From the NCBI GenBank assembly GCA_945868575.1, contig CAMBMH010000003.1, positions 331-64,330 on the forward strand: a stretch of 64,000 bases of DNA. The letters run 5' to 3'. The notes beneath the pieces were generated by a model. The model had not been told where the DNA came from. It ran no database searches and was given only the letters and a program-made list of their open reading frames with translations. Shown here piece after piece: positions 39,772 through 49,800 of the stretch (position 1 is the stretch's first letter; the number at the start of each line of letters is the position of its first letter). The position numbers and the translations under genes were made by a program. This stretch comes from Singulisphaera sp. GP187. GTDB lineage: Bacteria; Planctomycetota; Planctomycetia; Gemmatales; Gemmataceae.

Positions 39772-40063
39772 ACTTGTTCTCCCAAATGTTTCCGTGTCTC
39801 CCAACAACGGGCCCTCAACAATTGATGAAAACCGCGGGAAAAATCAGCGTTCTGGGGGAGCAAGTTGCATGTTTTGAGATACCCGCTCCCAAAACATCCC
39901 TTTTTTTGCCGATTTCTTTCCATGCACCGGTAAGATGATGTTTGCTTAATCGCTTTCCTGCTGGTGGATGATGCACTTCGCGGTGAGGGATTTCCTCCTT
40001 TCACCCGTTTGTCTTGTTCCGGGCTTGCCGCGATTTTTGATTCAGGAAATCCCGGGCGAACCC

Positions 40064-41179
40064 ATGTCATCCGCAGAAAAAATCTCCGTTACGATTCCCA
40101 CTTCCAGGGAGGTTCGCAGTCGAATCCCTTCACAACAGCGAATCAAGGTCCTTGGGCTTGGAATGGCCTCGTTTGGTTCGGCTTTTGGGGTATGGCTAAT
40201 CTCTCTGGTACTTTTGATACTGGTACCATGGTGGGCCAAATTGCCTTTTGGCCTGATCAACGGCGTCGCCATTGGCATTATGTTTATTGTCGGCCACGAT
40301 GCCTGCCACGGCGTGCTTTTCCCTTATCGTTGGATGAACCGTCTGGGCGGAAAAATCAGCCTTTTTCCCTCCTTGCACCCATATACCGCATGGACGCATA
40401 ACCACAATGGACTCCATCACGGATTCACCAACATCAAGGAAAAAGATCCCGGATTCCCTCCACTCAACCTGGAGGAATACCAGGCCTTGTCCCCCCTGGG
40501 CAAGTGGCTTTACCGGGTTAATCGCACCTGGTACGGACTGGGCCTTCTTTATTTCACCGAAATGTGGCTCAAGTGGGAAATCCTGCCCAATGCGTCCCGC
40601 TGCCCCAAAAAGTGGTGGGCCTATCAATCGGACCGGTTGCAAGTCATCCTTTTCGCTCTTGTGTGGATAGGTGGATTGGTGGCGGGGGCGCTCTGGATGG
40701 AAGAAAATCCCATTTGGAATCTCTTTTTTGGTTTTTTCCTTCCTCAATTCATCTGGAATTGGCTGATCGGTTTCATCATTCTTCAACAACACACCCATCC
40801 CCGCGTTGCGTGGTACTCCGAAAGCGACCTGCCCGATCCTTCCTATTACCATTCCCAGGTACAAGCTACCCCGCACCTCTTTTTTTCCGGACCGTTTCGT
40901 TTTCTTATGCGTAATGTGATGGAACACACCGCACACCATGCCGACACCACGATTCCGCTCTATCGGCTTCCCGATGCCCAGCGTGAGTTGGCCAAGGTTT
41001 ACAAAAAAGACATGATCCGTGTGATTTGGACCCGCAAGGGTTTTCTATCGATGTTGAAAACATGCCGTCTCTATGACTACGCCGCCCACTGTTGGACGGA
41101 TTACGATGGAACACCGACAACAGGCTGCCTTTTGTTGCCTATTCATGGCGCGCCCAAACCCAAAATGGCCAAAGCCTGA
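40064..41179 (+). CDS. Membrane fatty-acid desaturase family protein
   Basis: Three histidine boxes: HDACHG, HNHNGLHH, HTAHHAD. Start MSSAEK at 40064. Confidence 0.88.
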   Translation: MSSAEKISVTIPTSREVRSRIPSQQRIKVLGLGMASFGSAFGVWLISLVLLILVPWWAKLPFGLINGVAIGIMFIVGHDACHGVLFPYRWMNRLGGKISLFPSLHPYTAWTHNHNGLHHGFTNIKEKDPGFPPLNLEEYQALSPLGKWLYRVNRTWYGLGLLYFTEMWLKWEILPNASRCPKKWWAYQSDRLQVILFALVWIGGLVAGALWMEENPIWNLFFGFFLPQFIWNWLIGFIILQQHTHPRVAWYSESDLPDPSYYHSQVQATPHLFFSGPFRFLMRNVMEHTAHHADTTIPLYRLPDAQRELAKVYKKDMIRVIWTRKGFLSMLKTCRLYDYAAHCWTDYDGTPTTGCLLLPIHGAPKPKMAKA

Positions 41180-41388
41180 TTCGGATTCTGTGTCCAATTT
41201 TCATGGCCGTGGCGATACCCCTCTGGTTACGGTCCTAAACGGAGTTGGGAAATCAAGATTTTCATAGGAAATTGAAGCGGCCCCATAAAAAACCAAAGTT
41301 GGGGAAATCCCGCATAAAGCCCAATGTATTCAAAAGTGATATTTAAAGTGTTTCAAAGGGCAATTTGCCAAGCTGATCCAACCTGTTT

Positions 41389-41682
41389 TTAGTTCGGCCC
41401 ACCCAGATCGGGTCCGGAATGGGGTTCTTGGGTATTGGCGGCCACGGTGGGGGATTTGCGGTTTTTCCCAAAGCTTGTCGAAATGGCGGGGACACCCGGT
41501 TCGGCGGTTGAGGAGTGCGCCTCGGGTTCGTTGGGTTTGGTTTCCCCCGCGGTTTCGGCCTGGGCGGCTTGTTCCTCGCTTGCCGGGGCTTTTGCCGGCA
41601 TCATCGACGAAAGCATCGGCCAGAGTGCCGTGAGGATCACAACCAAAAGGCCACTGGCCAAACCGAGTTGTTCCTGATTCAT
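41389..41682 (-). CDS. Small hypothetical membrane-anchored protein with an acidic, disordered tail
   Basis: MNQEQLGLASGLLVVILTALWPMLSS followed by an E/A/P-rich tail. No family recognised. Confidence 0.35.
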   Translation of the reverse strand: MNQEQLGLASGLLVVILTALWPMLSSMMPAKAPASEEQAAQAETAGETKPNEPEAHSSTAEPGVPAISTSFGKNRKSPTVAANTQEPHSGPDLGGPN

Positions 41683-41833
41683 GGGTGTTCCTGTGGCGAA
41701 GCTATGCCTAAAGCCTGCCACGAAGAACCTGACGAACTTGAGATTCTTTTGAGGGATTGGAGATTTCGTTATCGGAATTGGTCGCAAAACCCCTATTACC
41801 AGAAGATTTTGCCGTGTCCTTAGGAGAGAAACG

Positions 41834-44461
41834 CTATTTGACGACCTGGGCTGTGGCGCGCGATTCGGCGGTCTTTTCCACGGAACCGATTTTGGCGGAG
41901 GAGCGAATCGTCAGCCTGATCGGGCGGTTGGGTAGAAGATCTTCGGATAACTTCACGGGGATGGTGATCCGGGTTTGATCGGCGGGGATCTCGACCGGCT
42001 CCACCGTCCCCTGACCCTCCTCGGCAAAAACGACCTCCACCCGAACCGGCCCATCGTATTGGGACAGACGGTTTACCGTTAGGGCCAAAGTCGCCTCGGT
42101 TCCGGGACGCCAGCGCCCCACGGGTATAGCGGTGACATCAAAGATCCGGTTAGGGACATAGGTGACCGGGATCGACTCGGTGAAATCGATCACACTGCGC
42201 CTGATCTTTTCGTCTTTTTCGATCGTGTGCACCCGAAGCGAAAGGTTGTACACGCCGGGAGGAATGTTGTTTCTGGCTTCGATGGTCACAGGAACGGAAT
42301 TTTCCCCGGCGGGGACAGCCAGGGGGCGATTGGCCAACACCCCCTTGAGGGTGAAGGAGTTCTGATTGGGAATGCCGACGATGGTGATTTCGGCGGCATC
42401 GGGAAAGCGTTCGGTTCGGTTGATTTTAAGATTCAGGTCGATGGTGCCGCCCGGGCCAATGATGTGGGCATCTTCGGCGATGGCGCCGACGGTGGCTCCC
42501 AGGGAGGGAAGGTCCCGATTGGCCACCCAGGTTCCCTGATCCAGTCGAACCAGAAGGGGCATGGTCTGGTTGTTGTTGGGGTTGGGATGAGGCCACAAGA
42601 GCGACGCGGTGGGGACCTCCTGCTGGGAGAGGGTTTCCCCCAGGGTGGCCGTTGCCCGCAAACGAAGCATTCCGACCGATTCTCCCGCGCGGGGCGAGGC
42701 GCCCAGCAAAATCAACCCCTGGCGTTGTCCCGGAACAAGCGTGACCCCATCGGAGGTGATTCCCGGGGGGAGAGCGGAAGGTTCGATCCGGATGGGGCCC
42801 GAAAAACCTCCCCTTCGCGAGGCAAAAACCATCAAGGCATTCGATGCCCCGGGACGGAAATTGAGTCCATCAGGCTGGGCCTGATTGGCGGGAATGGCCA
42901 CCACCGAAAAACCGGGCCGCTGGGGGCCGACCCGGAGCCCATAAACACATTTGGGCCCGGCCATCAGATCCGATTCGCGGTGTGTGACCCGGATCAGATA
43001 GTCCCTGTCTTCGGTGGCGGTGAAGACCATCGTGGCGGGATCTTCGGTGCGGGAAAAGAAGATCTGCGGATGGAGGATTTCCGCGTTATCGTCCAGGTCC
43101 AAAAGGGGCGCGTCGGGCTTCTTTCCGGGGGTGGGGAAGCGAAATACCGCCAATTGCAGATCCAGATCGGAGCCGAGTTTATCGCCGATCATTTCCAGCG
43201 CGATCCGGTCTCCGCGTTTGGCCGCGAAACGGTACCAGTCGCGATCCCCCTTCTTTTCAAACCAACCTGCGATCTCACAAGGGGCGCTGATCCTCTGGGC
43301 ATCGGCCCAATCGTTGTTTGTGCCGTTGTCGCGGACACTCCTATCGTGGGCGATCGCCACCAAAAAGGGGAGGGAAGTTCCATTGGGCCCGGCAATCGAC
43401 TCCTCGAAAGCTTCCAAAAACGCCATGCGCGGTAGCCTTATGGTTCGGGGGACAAGGCCGGTTGCCGATTCCGGAGCTTTGAGCTCGACTTCGGCTTTCT
43501 CCAGCCCCTGTTCCATGTCAAAGGCGGGTTTGGCATCGGGAAGATTCCAACCGAAAACGGTCACCTTTTCGGTTTTTCCGGCCTCTATTGCCCCTGGGAA
43601 AACACCCTGCACCACGGGTTCGGTGGCATGGGTAAGGTGATAAAACGCATCAGGTCCACCCATCACATAAGCCTGGCTGGTTAACCGGACAATCAGGGGG
43701 CCATCCTTTTCGGGAGTGTAGACCAGGATCGTATCGTTTTCGAAAAGGGCGCGCCCCGAGGCGACCCGTCGGCCGCCTGTTTCAAAAAGCTCAAGCATAG
43801 GGGCTAGGCGGCTGTCTATCGAGCTGGTTCGCAGGACGAGGGTGAGTTTTTGTCCTTTGGTCCCTTCGATACGGAAATAGTCGACATCGGTTGGGGTCTG
43901 AATGGCGCCGGTCATGCCCTGGCCGCGTCCCAAAGACTGGGCCTCTGACACATCGCTGTTGGGCTCTGTTTCGACGAGTTCGGCGGGTCTACCTTTGTCG
44001 TTTAAGGAACCCGAGCGGACCAGGAAGAGGCGCGGATTGCTGATCCCCAGGCTTCCCGTCATCCGCAGGTCATAAAGCCCGGTTTGGGCGTCCCGGGGAA
44101 CGCGGACCCTCACGGTCCATTGGGTCTGATTGGCGGGGGTGGTCATTGCCGTGGGGCGTGGCGCGGTGCGGGAAGGTGGTGGCGTTCCACGCGGTGGAGT
44201 TGGCGGGGCGACTTCCACCCTGGTCACCGAAACCAGTTCCAGTCCAGGCAGCCCCGACACGATTCCCTGGATTTCGCCTTGGTTGTTGGTGGTCACAACG
44301 AGGTCAGTTTCCGCGCCGGGCTGGACCGCTGCAGGGTAAATCGAGATGAGCTGGTGTCCGGTAGCCCCTTCGCGGATTTGGGCGAATGCGCTCTCCTGGA
44401 CGACCGTGATCAAGGCCATGATCGAAAGGAAAAGGCCCCTAAAGGACTGTTTATGGGTCAT
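41834..44461 (-). CDS. Large secreted protein with PPC (pre-peptidase C-terminal)-like and Ig-like beta-sandwich domains
   Basis: Start MTHKQSFRGLFLSIMALITVVQESAFA at 44461. PPC-like motifs DVDYFRIEGTKGQKLTL, DRDWYRFAAKRGDRIAL, DRDYLIRV. Repetitive beta-rich sequence throughout. Confidence 0.75.
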   Translation of the reverse strand: MTHKQSFRGLFLSIMALITVVQESAFAQIREGATGHQLISIYPAAVQPGAETDLVVTTNNQGEIQGIVSGLPGLELVSVTRVEVAPPTPPRGTPPPSRTAPRPTAMTTPANQTQWTVRVRVPRDAQTGLYDLRMTGSLGISNPRLFLVRSGSLNDKGRPAELVETEPNSDVSEAQSLGRGQGMTGAIQTPTDVDYFRIEGTKGQKLTLVLRTSSIDSRLAPMLELFETGGRRVASGRALFENDTILVYTPEKDGPLIVRLTSQAYVMGGPDAFYHLTHATEPVVQGVFPGAIEAGKTEKVTVFGWNLPDAKPAFDMEQGLEKAEVELKAPESATGLVPRTIRLPRMAFLEAFEESIAGPNGTSLPFLVAIAHDRSVRDNGTNNDWADAQRISAPCEIAGWFEKKGDRDWYRFAAKRGDRIALEMIGDKLGSDLDLQLAVFRFPTPGKKPDAPLLDLDDNAEILHPQIFFSRTEDPATMVFTATEDRDYLIRVTHRESDLMAGPKCVYGLRVGPQRPGFSVVAIPANQAQPDGLNFRPGASNALMVFASRRGGFSGPIRIEPSALPPGITSDGVTLVPGQRQGLILLGASPRAGESVGMLRLRATATLGETLSQQEVPTASLLWPHPNPNNNQTMPLLVRLDQGTWVANRDLPSLGATVGAIAEDAHIIGPGGTIDLNLKINRTERFPDAAEITIVGIPNQNSFTLKGVLANRPLAVPAGENSVPVTIEARNNIPPGVYNLSLRVHTIEKDEKIRRSVIDFTESIPVTYVPNRIFDVTAIPVGRWRPGTEATLALTVNRLSQYDGPVRVEVVFAEEGQGTVEPVEIPADQTRITIPVKLSEDLLPNRPIRLTIRSSAKIGSVEKTAESRATAQVVK

Positions 44462-44745
44462 GGCGGGTAGACTCCGCAGGTGGTTTAGGTCGATTATGAT
44501 CGACTTTTGGCCATGTGCCATCTAATGGTGGATCGTTGTTTTAAGGGTTAGCGACTTAACCCGATCCCATCATCTTAGTTTACCCACATGAAAGTACCCT
44601 CCCAAGCGGAATTCGCCTGGGAGTGCACGAAAACAACTCATCTTCAATGGATGCAATACACTTGAGGGGGGGAGCATTTCCGATTTGCCACTCTCCCAAA
44701 CCCAGTATTCGGTAAGTTTGGGATCCATCCACTTAAATGTAAATT

Positions 44746-45366
44746 TTAGGAGGCAAGTGGTGCCAAATGAGCCTTGCCTGCCTCACGCAACTCTTTTTTG
44801 TCTCGGAAAATCCGGATCCTAAGGGCGTTTCCGGAAATACCCAGTTCGTTTTGCAACTCGTGCGTCTCCTTTTCGTGGTAACGGCGAATCCGTTCCGCAT
44901 TTTCCGGGAACTCTTCCAAAACCTCAAGGAGCACGCTCCGGCGAAGGTCCCATTCTTCGGTTTGCTCGGCAACGGCGAACGGATCACTGGAAAGCTCGGG
45001 ATGTTCGTACTCTTCACCAGTTTCCAGATTGGTCGAATAGTATCCACCAATTCGGACCCGTTGCCCCTTGCGGTTCCGGGAGCGGGGATTCACACAATCC
45101 CATGGTTTTCCACGAAGTTGGCGCCTCGCCAGATTCCGGATAAAACCCGTTACCCATCGAACCAGTATTTCGCCCTGTTTTTCTTTGTCATCACCCGCAA
45201 GGAATCCGGACCATTTATCCTGGCGTATCAGCAATTCCCAGACATCCGAAATCAGTGCCTCGGCCTCAAACCCACGATTTCCTAGCCTTTGATGTTCTTT
45301 TGCAACCGCATTCTGGATGTTTTTCATCTGGGATAAAAACAAGCTTTCAAACTGAACTTTGTTCAT
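44746..45366 (-). CDS. Divergent ECF-like sigma factor with an expanded linker
   Basis: Region 2-like ALISDVWELLIRQ...RWVTGFIRNLARRQLR. A ~50-aa insert. Region 4-like LLEVLEEFPENAERIRRYHEKETHELQNELGISGNALRIRIFRDKKELRE. Strong SD (GGGAGGAAATT ATG). Confidence 0.65.
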   Translation of the reverse strand: MNKVQFESLFLSQMKNIQNAVAKEHQRLGNRGFEAEALISDVWELLIRQDKWSGFLAGDDKEKQGEILVRWVTGFIRNLARRQLRGKPWDCVNPRSRNRKGQRVRIGGYYSTNLETGEEYEHPELSSDPFAVAEQTEEWDLRRSVLLEVLEEFPENAERIRRYHEKETHELQNELGISGNALRIRIFRDKKELREAGKAHLAPLAS

Positions 45367-45902
45367 AATTTCCTCCCTGGTGAATGAATTGTGATCGCCA
45401 GAACCTGATGTTCAAAGGCAATGAAGTGAACAGCAAACGGGTTAACGAATTGGTGCCCATCAAGGATCATTGGGCTGACTTTCCCCTTATTCGAGAAACG
45501 AAAAGTGGTGATCCAATTTGAATCACCCGGGAGTTCAGGGATTTCGGGAAAGGGAGGCGAGTTTAAAACGCCGGGCCGAAATATGGGTGGCCCAAATCGC
45601 AATCGGGACAGCCGGAATGGTGATGGGGTTGCCACAGTAATGGGGCGAAAGGATTTCCGCCCGGGTTTGACAGGGAGAGGGACCAAAATGAAACGGCCAA
45701 TGGAGACCTGGACATCACTCCCCCCTTTCTTGAAACAGGATGAATAACTATACGGGTAATGGAATCGTGGACACCCTTCGGAAAAACCCGGGAATGCCAG
45801 AATGAACGAAGTTCCCCCGCATTTTACTTCCCCGAAACGCCCCAAACATTTCACGGAATATTATGGTGCAACCATTTTTTGTCACAAAATCAATTTTGCC
45901 AA

Positions 45903-46241
45903 CTAGTTATAGAGATAATTCTGGTTGCTTTCGGACCGGCCTGCACACCTGCGACCCACAAGCTGGTGGATGGTGAGAGGCGTTCCCGCCTCTTTTTTGG
46001 CCGGAAGGATCGCGGGAAATGAAACGGGCCGCTCATCCGCAAAGTAGGAAGCTGCAAGATCGCAGGAAAACCATTTGCCATCAAAAAATCCCATGTGAAT
46101 ATCCCCCCGAAAAGCGCCCCTGCCCGAATTACCCCCCCACTCGACACGGGGAACGGCAATTTGGGCCCAGTTGTACCTTTCTTCCCTCCTGGTCCAAAGG
46201 AATTTCACGCAAATCGAGAATTGTCCAAAAGTAAGGACCAA
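45903..46241 (-). CDS. Hypothetical ORF (possibly a gene remnant)
   Basis: Only weakly protein-like (…RVEWGGNSGRGAFRGDIHMGFFDGKWFSCDLAASYFADERPV…). TTG start; no family recognised. Confidence 0.25.
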   Translation of the reverse strand: MVLTFGQFSICVKFLWTRREERYNWAQIAVPRVEWGGNSGRGAFRGDIHMGFFDGKWFSCDLAASYFADERPVSFPAILPAKKEAGTPLTIHQLVGRRCAGRSESNQNYLYN

Positions 46242-46253
46242 AGCAGCAAAAAC

Positions 46254-46607
46254 TTATCCACCCAAACCCAACACCACCACTTGCCAGCCATCCGGGTCGC
46301 GAAGCTTTAGGATTTGTCCGCCCCAACTGGTCTCCTCATGCGCGGGAAGGTTCCACAAATGACCAAACTTCTCAACATCCTCGACCTCAAGGACCAAATG
46401 GACCCTTTCGGAGGGTTCCTGCAAAGCCAAGGGGCGCTTTTCGCGGGCCATATCAAGAATTTCGATTTTGAAACCACCTGGCCCGGATAAAATTACGCCC
46501 CTCGCACCCGGCCTGTCCCAGCTTTGCACCGGGCAAAAACCAAGCATATTCTGATAAAAGGAGGTCATTTCCTCATATTTGTTCGTTGCAAGCGCAAGGC
46601 GGCTCAT
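46254..46607 (-). CDS. VOC/glyoxalase-bleomycin-resistance family protein
   Basis: 117 aa, single VOC-like module (FYQNMLGF...FKIEILD...VHLVLEVEDV...ILKLRDPDGWQVVV). GGAG about 9 nt upstream of ATG 46607. Confidence 0.75.
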   Translation of the reverse strand: MSRLALATNKYEEMTSFYQNMLGFCPVQSWDRPGARGVILSGPGGFKIEILDMAREKRPLALQEPSERVHLVLEVEDVEKFGHLWNLPAHEETSWGGQILKLRDPDGWQVVVLGLGG

Positions 46608-46836
46608 GGGGAAACTCCAAAGACCCCGCAAAATCCCGGGGCGACCCTGCCCAAAAAGTAAAAGTTGTGTGATAACTAGAATAGGATAAAAGGGTTGGGT
46701 CTGCAGTTTTGGATGGGTTTACGGTAAAACGGAAAAATCCGCAAACATTTCCCAAGCCAGCCCGTTAGTCCCATACAGTTGTCCGCTCGGACCTACGAAC
46801 CTCCTCATTTCTTACCGGATCGCGGGATATCCCATC

Positions 46837-49800
46837 ATGCGCACCTCCTGGAAAAACTTTGTCCTCCTGACACTCGGTCTTTGGACCACCGCACCGATTC
46901 TTCGGGGACAAGGGCAGGAGCCCGGATACTTAGAGACTTTTTCCCTGGCCAAGGACCGAACCAGCGCTTTGGCCCAGCTGATTCCCGGAACCGAGGATTA
47001 TTACTACTACAACTGTTTGCATGCGCTCAATTTGGGCCAATTTGAAAAGATTGAATCGTTTACCCGACCATGGCTGGAACGGTTTGGCCAAACCCAGCGC
47101 CTCAATGAAATCCAGACCCGCACAGCTCTTCTTGCCTACGAGAAGGACCCAAAGAAAACTTTCGAGTTCCTCAAAAACCGGACCGGTCTGACCTTCAATC
47201 ATCAGAAGGAAATCATTGGGGTCGCCCCGAACCTTCCGACGACACTCGATCAAAAGGTCTTCTCTCGCGAAGTCCTTTTGGCCGAGTCGCTTCGTCGCTG
47301 GCGCAATCTGGACAACTTTGAGGACGCGGCGCTCGACTGGGTCGCCAAGGAAAATCTCGATTGGGAAAAAAGGCGCAACCTCCTTCAAAGGGTTCAGCGT
47401 CCCGATACCCCCAATCTGGTGGAACATATTGTCAACGATGACCAGGCACCGCACCCCCAGGCATTTGGCGCCTACACGGTAAGTCGGCTTTTGACACTTG
47501 CCCAGCTTGAGGAGTTGGTTGCCAAAAAGCCTGATTGGATCAACCATCCCGCCATGCTGCAGGCCTGGTTGCCCAAACTTCAACCAGGCGCTGATTCCGA
47601 CTGGAAGCGCAATCCCGATCAGATTGTCGCCTATCTGGATCGTATGAAGGCATTTGCTGATCGCCTCGCTCCACTCCACAATTCCCTCAAGGCCAATGTT
47701 CTCTACCAGCGACTGGTCCACGACCGCAAACAGGGAACGCTCAACAAGGCCCGTTTCCTCGAATATCTGTCCCTTCCGCGCCAGCAGCCCTACATGGCCA
47801 AGGAAATTAATGAATCCGAAAACTCGGTTCGTTTTCCTGCCAATCTGGGTGTCAATTATGAGTCGTTGACACTTCTCCCCCCGGTCCAGACAGATGAGGA
47901 ACTGGTTCGTGCCTACCTCAAACATTTTCTTGTCGAAGCCGAATCGCCCCGCGAATTCGAGCGATTTATTAACTCCGATTATCTCAACAATGTGTTGGCG
48001 GAGGTAAAAGTCGAAAATGGGTTGGGCGATGCCGAACGCTGGGCATCTCTATTGCCTCCCGAAACCTTCAAAACCCTTCGCGAGCGGATCGACATCGATT
48101 TTGCCCCAACCAACAAAACCGAATTTGCAGTCGATGAACCGGTCGTGCTTGACCTTTTTGTCAAGAATGTCCCCTCCATGATGGTAAAGGTTTTCGAGGT
48201 CAATACCGCCAATTTCTACAAGACCAACCTCCGCGAAATCGACACGGACATCAACCTCGACGGACTGGTCGCGAACGAGGAAAAGACCCATGTGTACCAG
48301 GAATCGCCGCTGCGGCGCATTGCCCGGAAATTTGAGTTCAAACTGGACAAGCCTGGTGTTTATGTCATTGATTTTATCGGTGGCGGTAAATCGAGCCGGG
48401 CCCTGATCCGCAAGGGGCGACTTCAGAGTCTGATATCGACCACACCTGGTGGCCAGGCTGTCACCATTCTCGATGAAAAAAATCAGAAGGTCAACGACGC
48501 AAGCGTTTGGCTCTCCGGAAAGGAATATAAACCCGATGAAAAGGGTATTGTTCTCCTCCCCTTCAGCAATGAACCTGGTCGCCGCCAAATTGTCCTGACC
48601 CGGGGCGGATCTTCCAGCCTCGATACCATCACCCACCAAGGCGAGGACTACCAATTCACGGCGGGCCTGCATGTGGACCGCGAGGCACTCCTTTCCCAGC
48701 GGATGGCGACGATCCTTGTACGGCCGGGACTCAGGCTTTCGGGCTCGCCTGTCTCCCTCAAGCTCCTCGAGGATGTCCGGCTACGCATCACCTCGACAGA
48801 TACCCAGGGGATCAACACCACCGCCGAGGTGCCCGGATTCCAACTTCTTGAAGATCGCGAAACCACACACGAATTCCGCGTTCCCGAGGGAACCTCCCGC
48901 CTCGTCTTCACCCTGGAGGGGAAGATCAAAAACCTGAGCAAGGGAAGAACCGATTCGGTTTTGGTTCAAAATGCGATCGACCTGAATAACATCCTTAAAA
49001 CGGACAAAATAGAAGATATTCACCTGGTTCGCTATGCCGAAGGGGTTGTCCTTGAGGTGGTGGGCCGAACCGGCGAACCCCGCGCCGATCGCGCCGTAAA
49101 TGTGGCACTCAAGCACCGCGATTTCCGCGAACTGGTCCAGGTCAGCCTCAAAAGCGACGCCAAGGGACGCGTTTACCTGGGCAGGCTCGAGGGAATTGTC
49201 CGGGTGGACGCGACCGGCTCCGAGGGGGTGCCACATTCCTGGCCCATCGAAGGAGACAAAGCCTCCTCACGGCAATTGATCCACTCCGTCGCAGGGGAAC
49301 TCATCCAGCTCCCTTACACCGGCGTATTGGCCCAGGCCGACCGTTCCGAATTTTCCCTTTTTGAGATAGTTGGAAATATGCCCAAGGCGGACCGCTTTGG
49401 GGCAATCAAGGTTGTCAATGGTTTGATCACGATCGATGGACTTGAGCCCGGTGATTATCAGCTTTGGGTAAAACCCTCCAACGAGCCGATCCGGATCCGG
49501 GTGGTAAAAGGGAAAGTGATCGCCAACCATGTTTTGGGTGAAACGCGCAACCTCCGGGTTCTTCCTCTCAAACCCCTCGCGGTTGGGGAGATGCGTGTCG
49601 AGGGTAACGATCTGGTAATTCGGGTTGAGAATCCTTCCGGCTTTTCGCGTATCCATCTTTTCGCAACACGCTATCAGCCTGGCCTGTCTGCTTTTGCCCA
49701 GATGGACAAGGTGCGCGCGCCGGAACTCGACGGCGTTCTGCCCGGTCAAGCTCCTTCGGTATTTATTACCGGAAGAAACATAGGCGATGAATACCGATAT

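Noticed and set aside
42227-43435. 402-aa ORF antisense to the PPC-like secreted protein.
   Set aside because: Same codon-aligned antisense artefact. The product is Gly/Arg-rich and not protein-like.
45363-45854. 163-aa ORF immediately upstream of, and overlapping, the sigma-like gene start.
   Set aside because: The product is Pro/Arg/Phe-rich and low-complexity, and the ORF reads through the sigma gene's SD. Only the last ~50 residues look vaguely protein-like, which is insufficient support.
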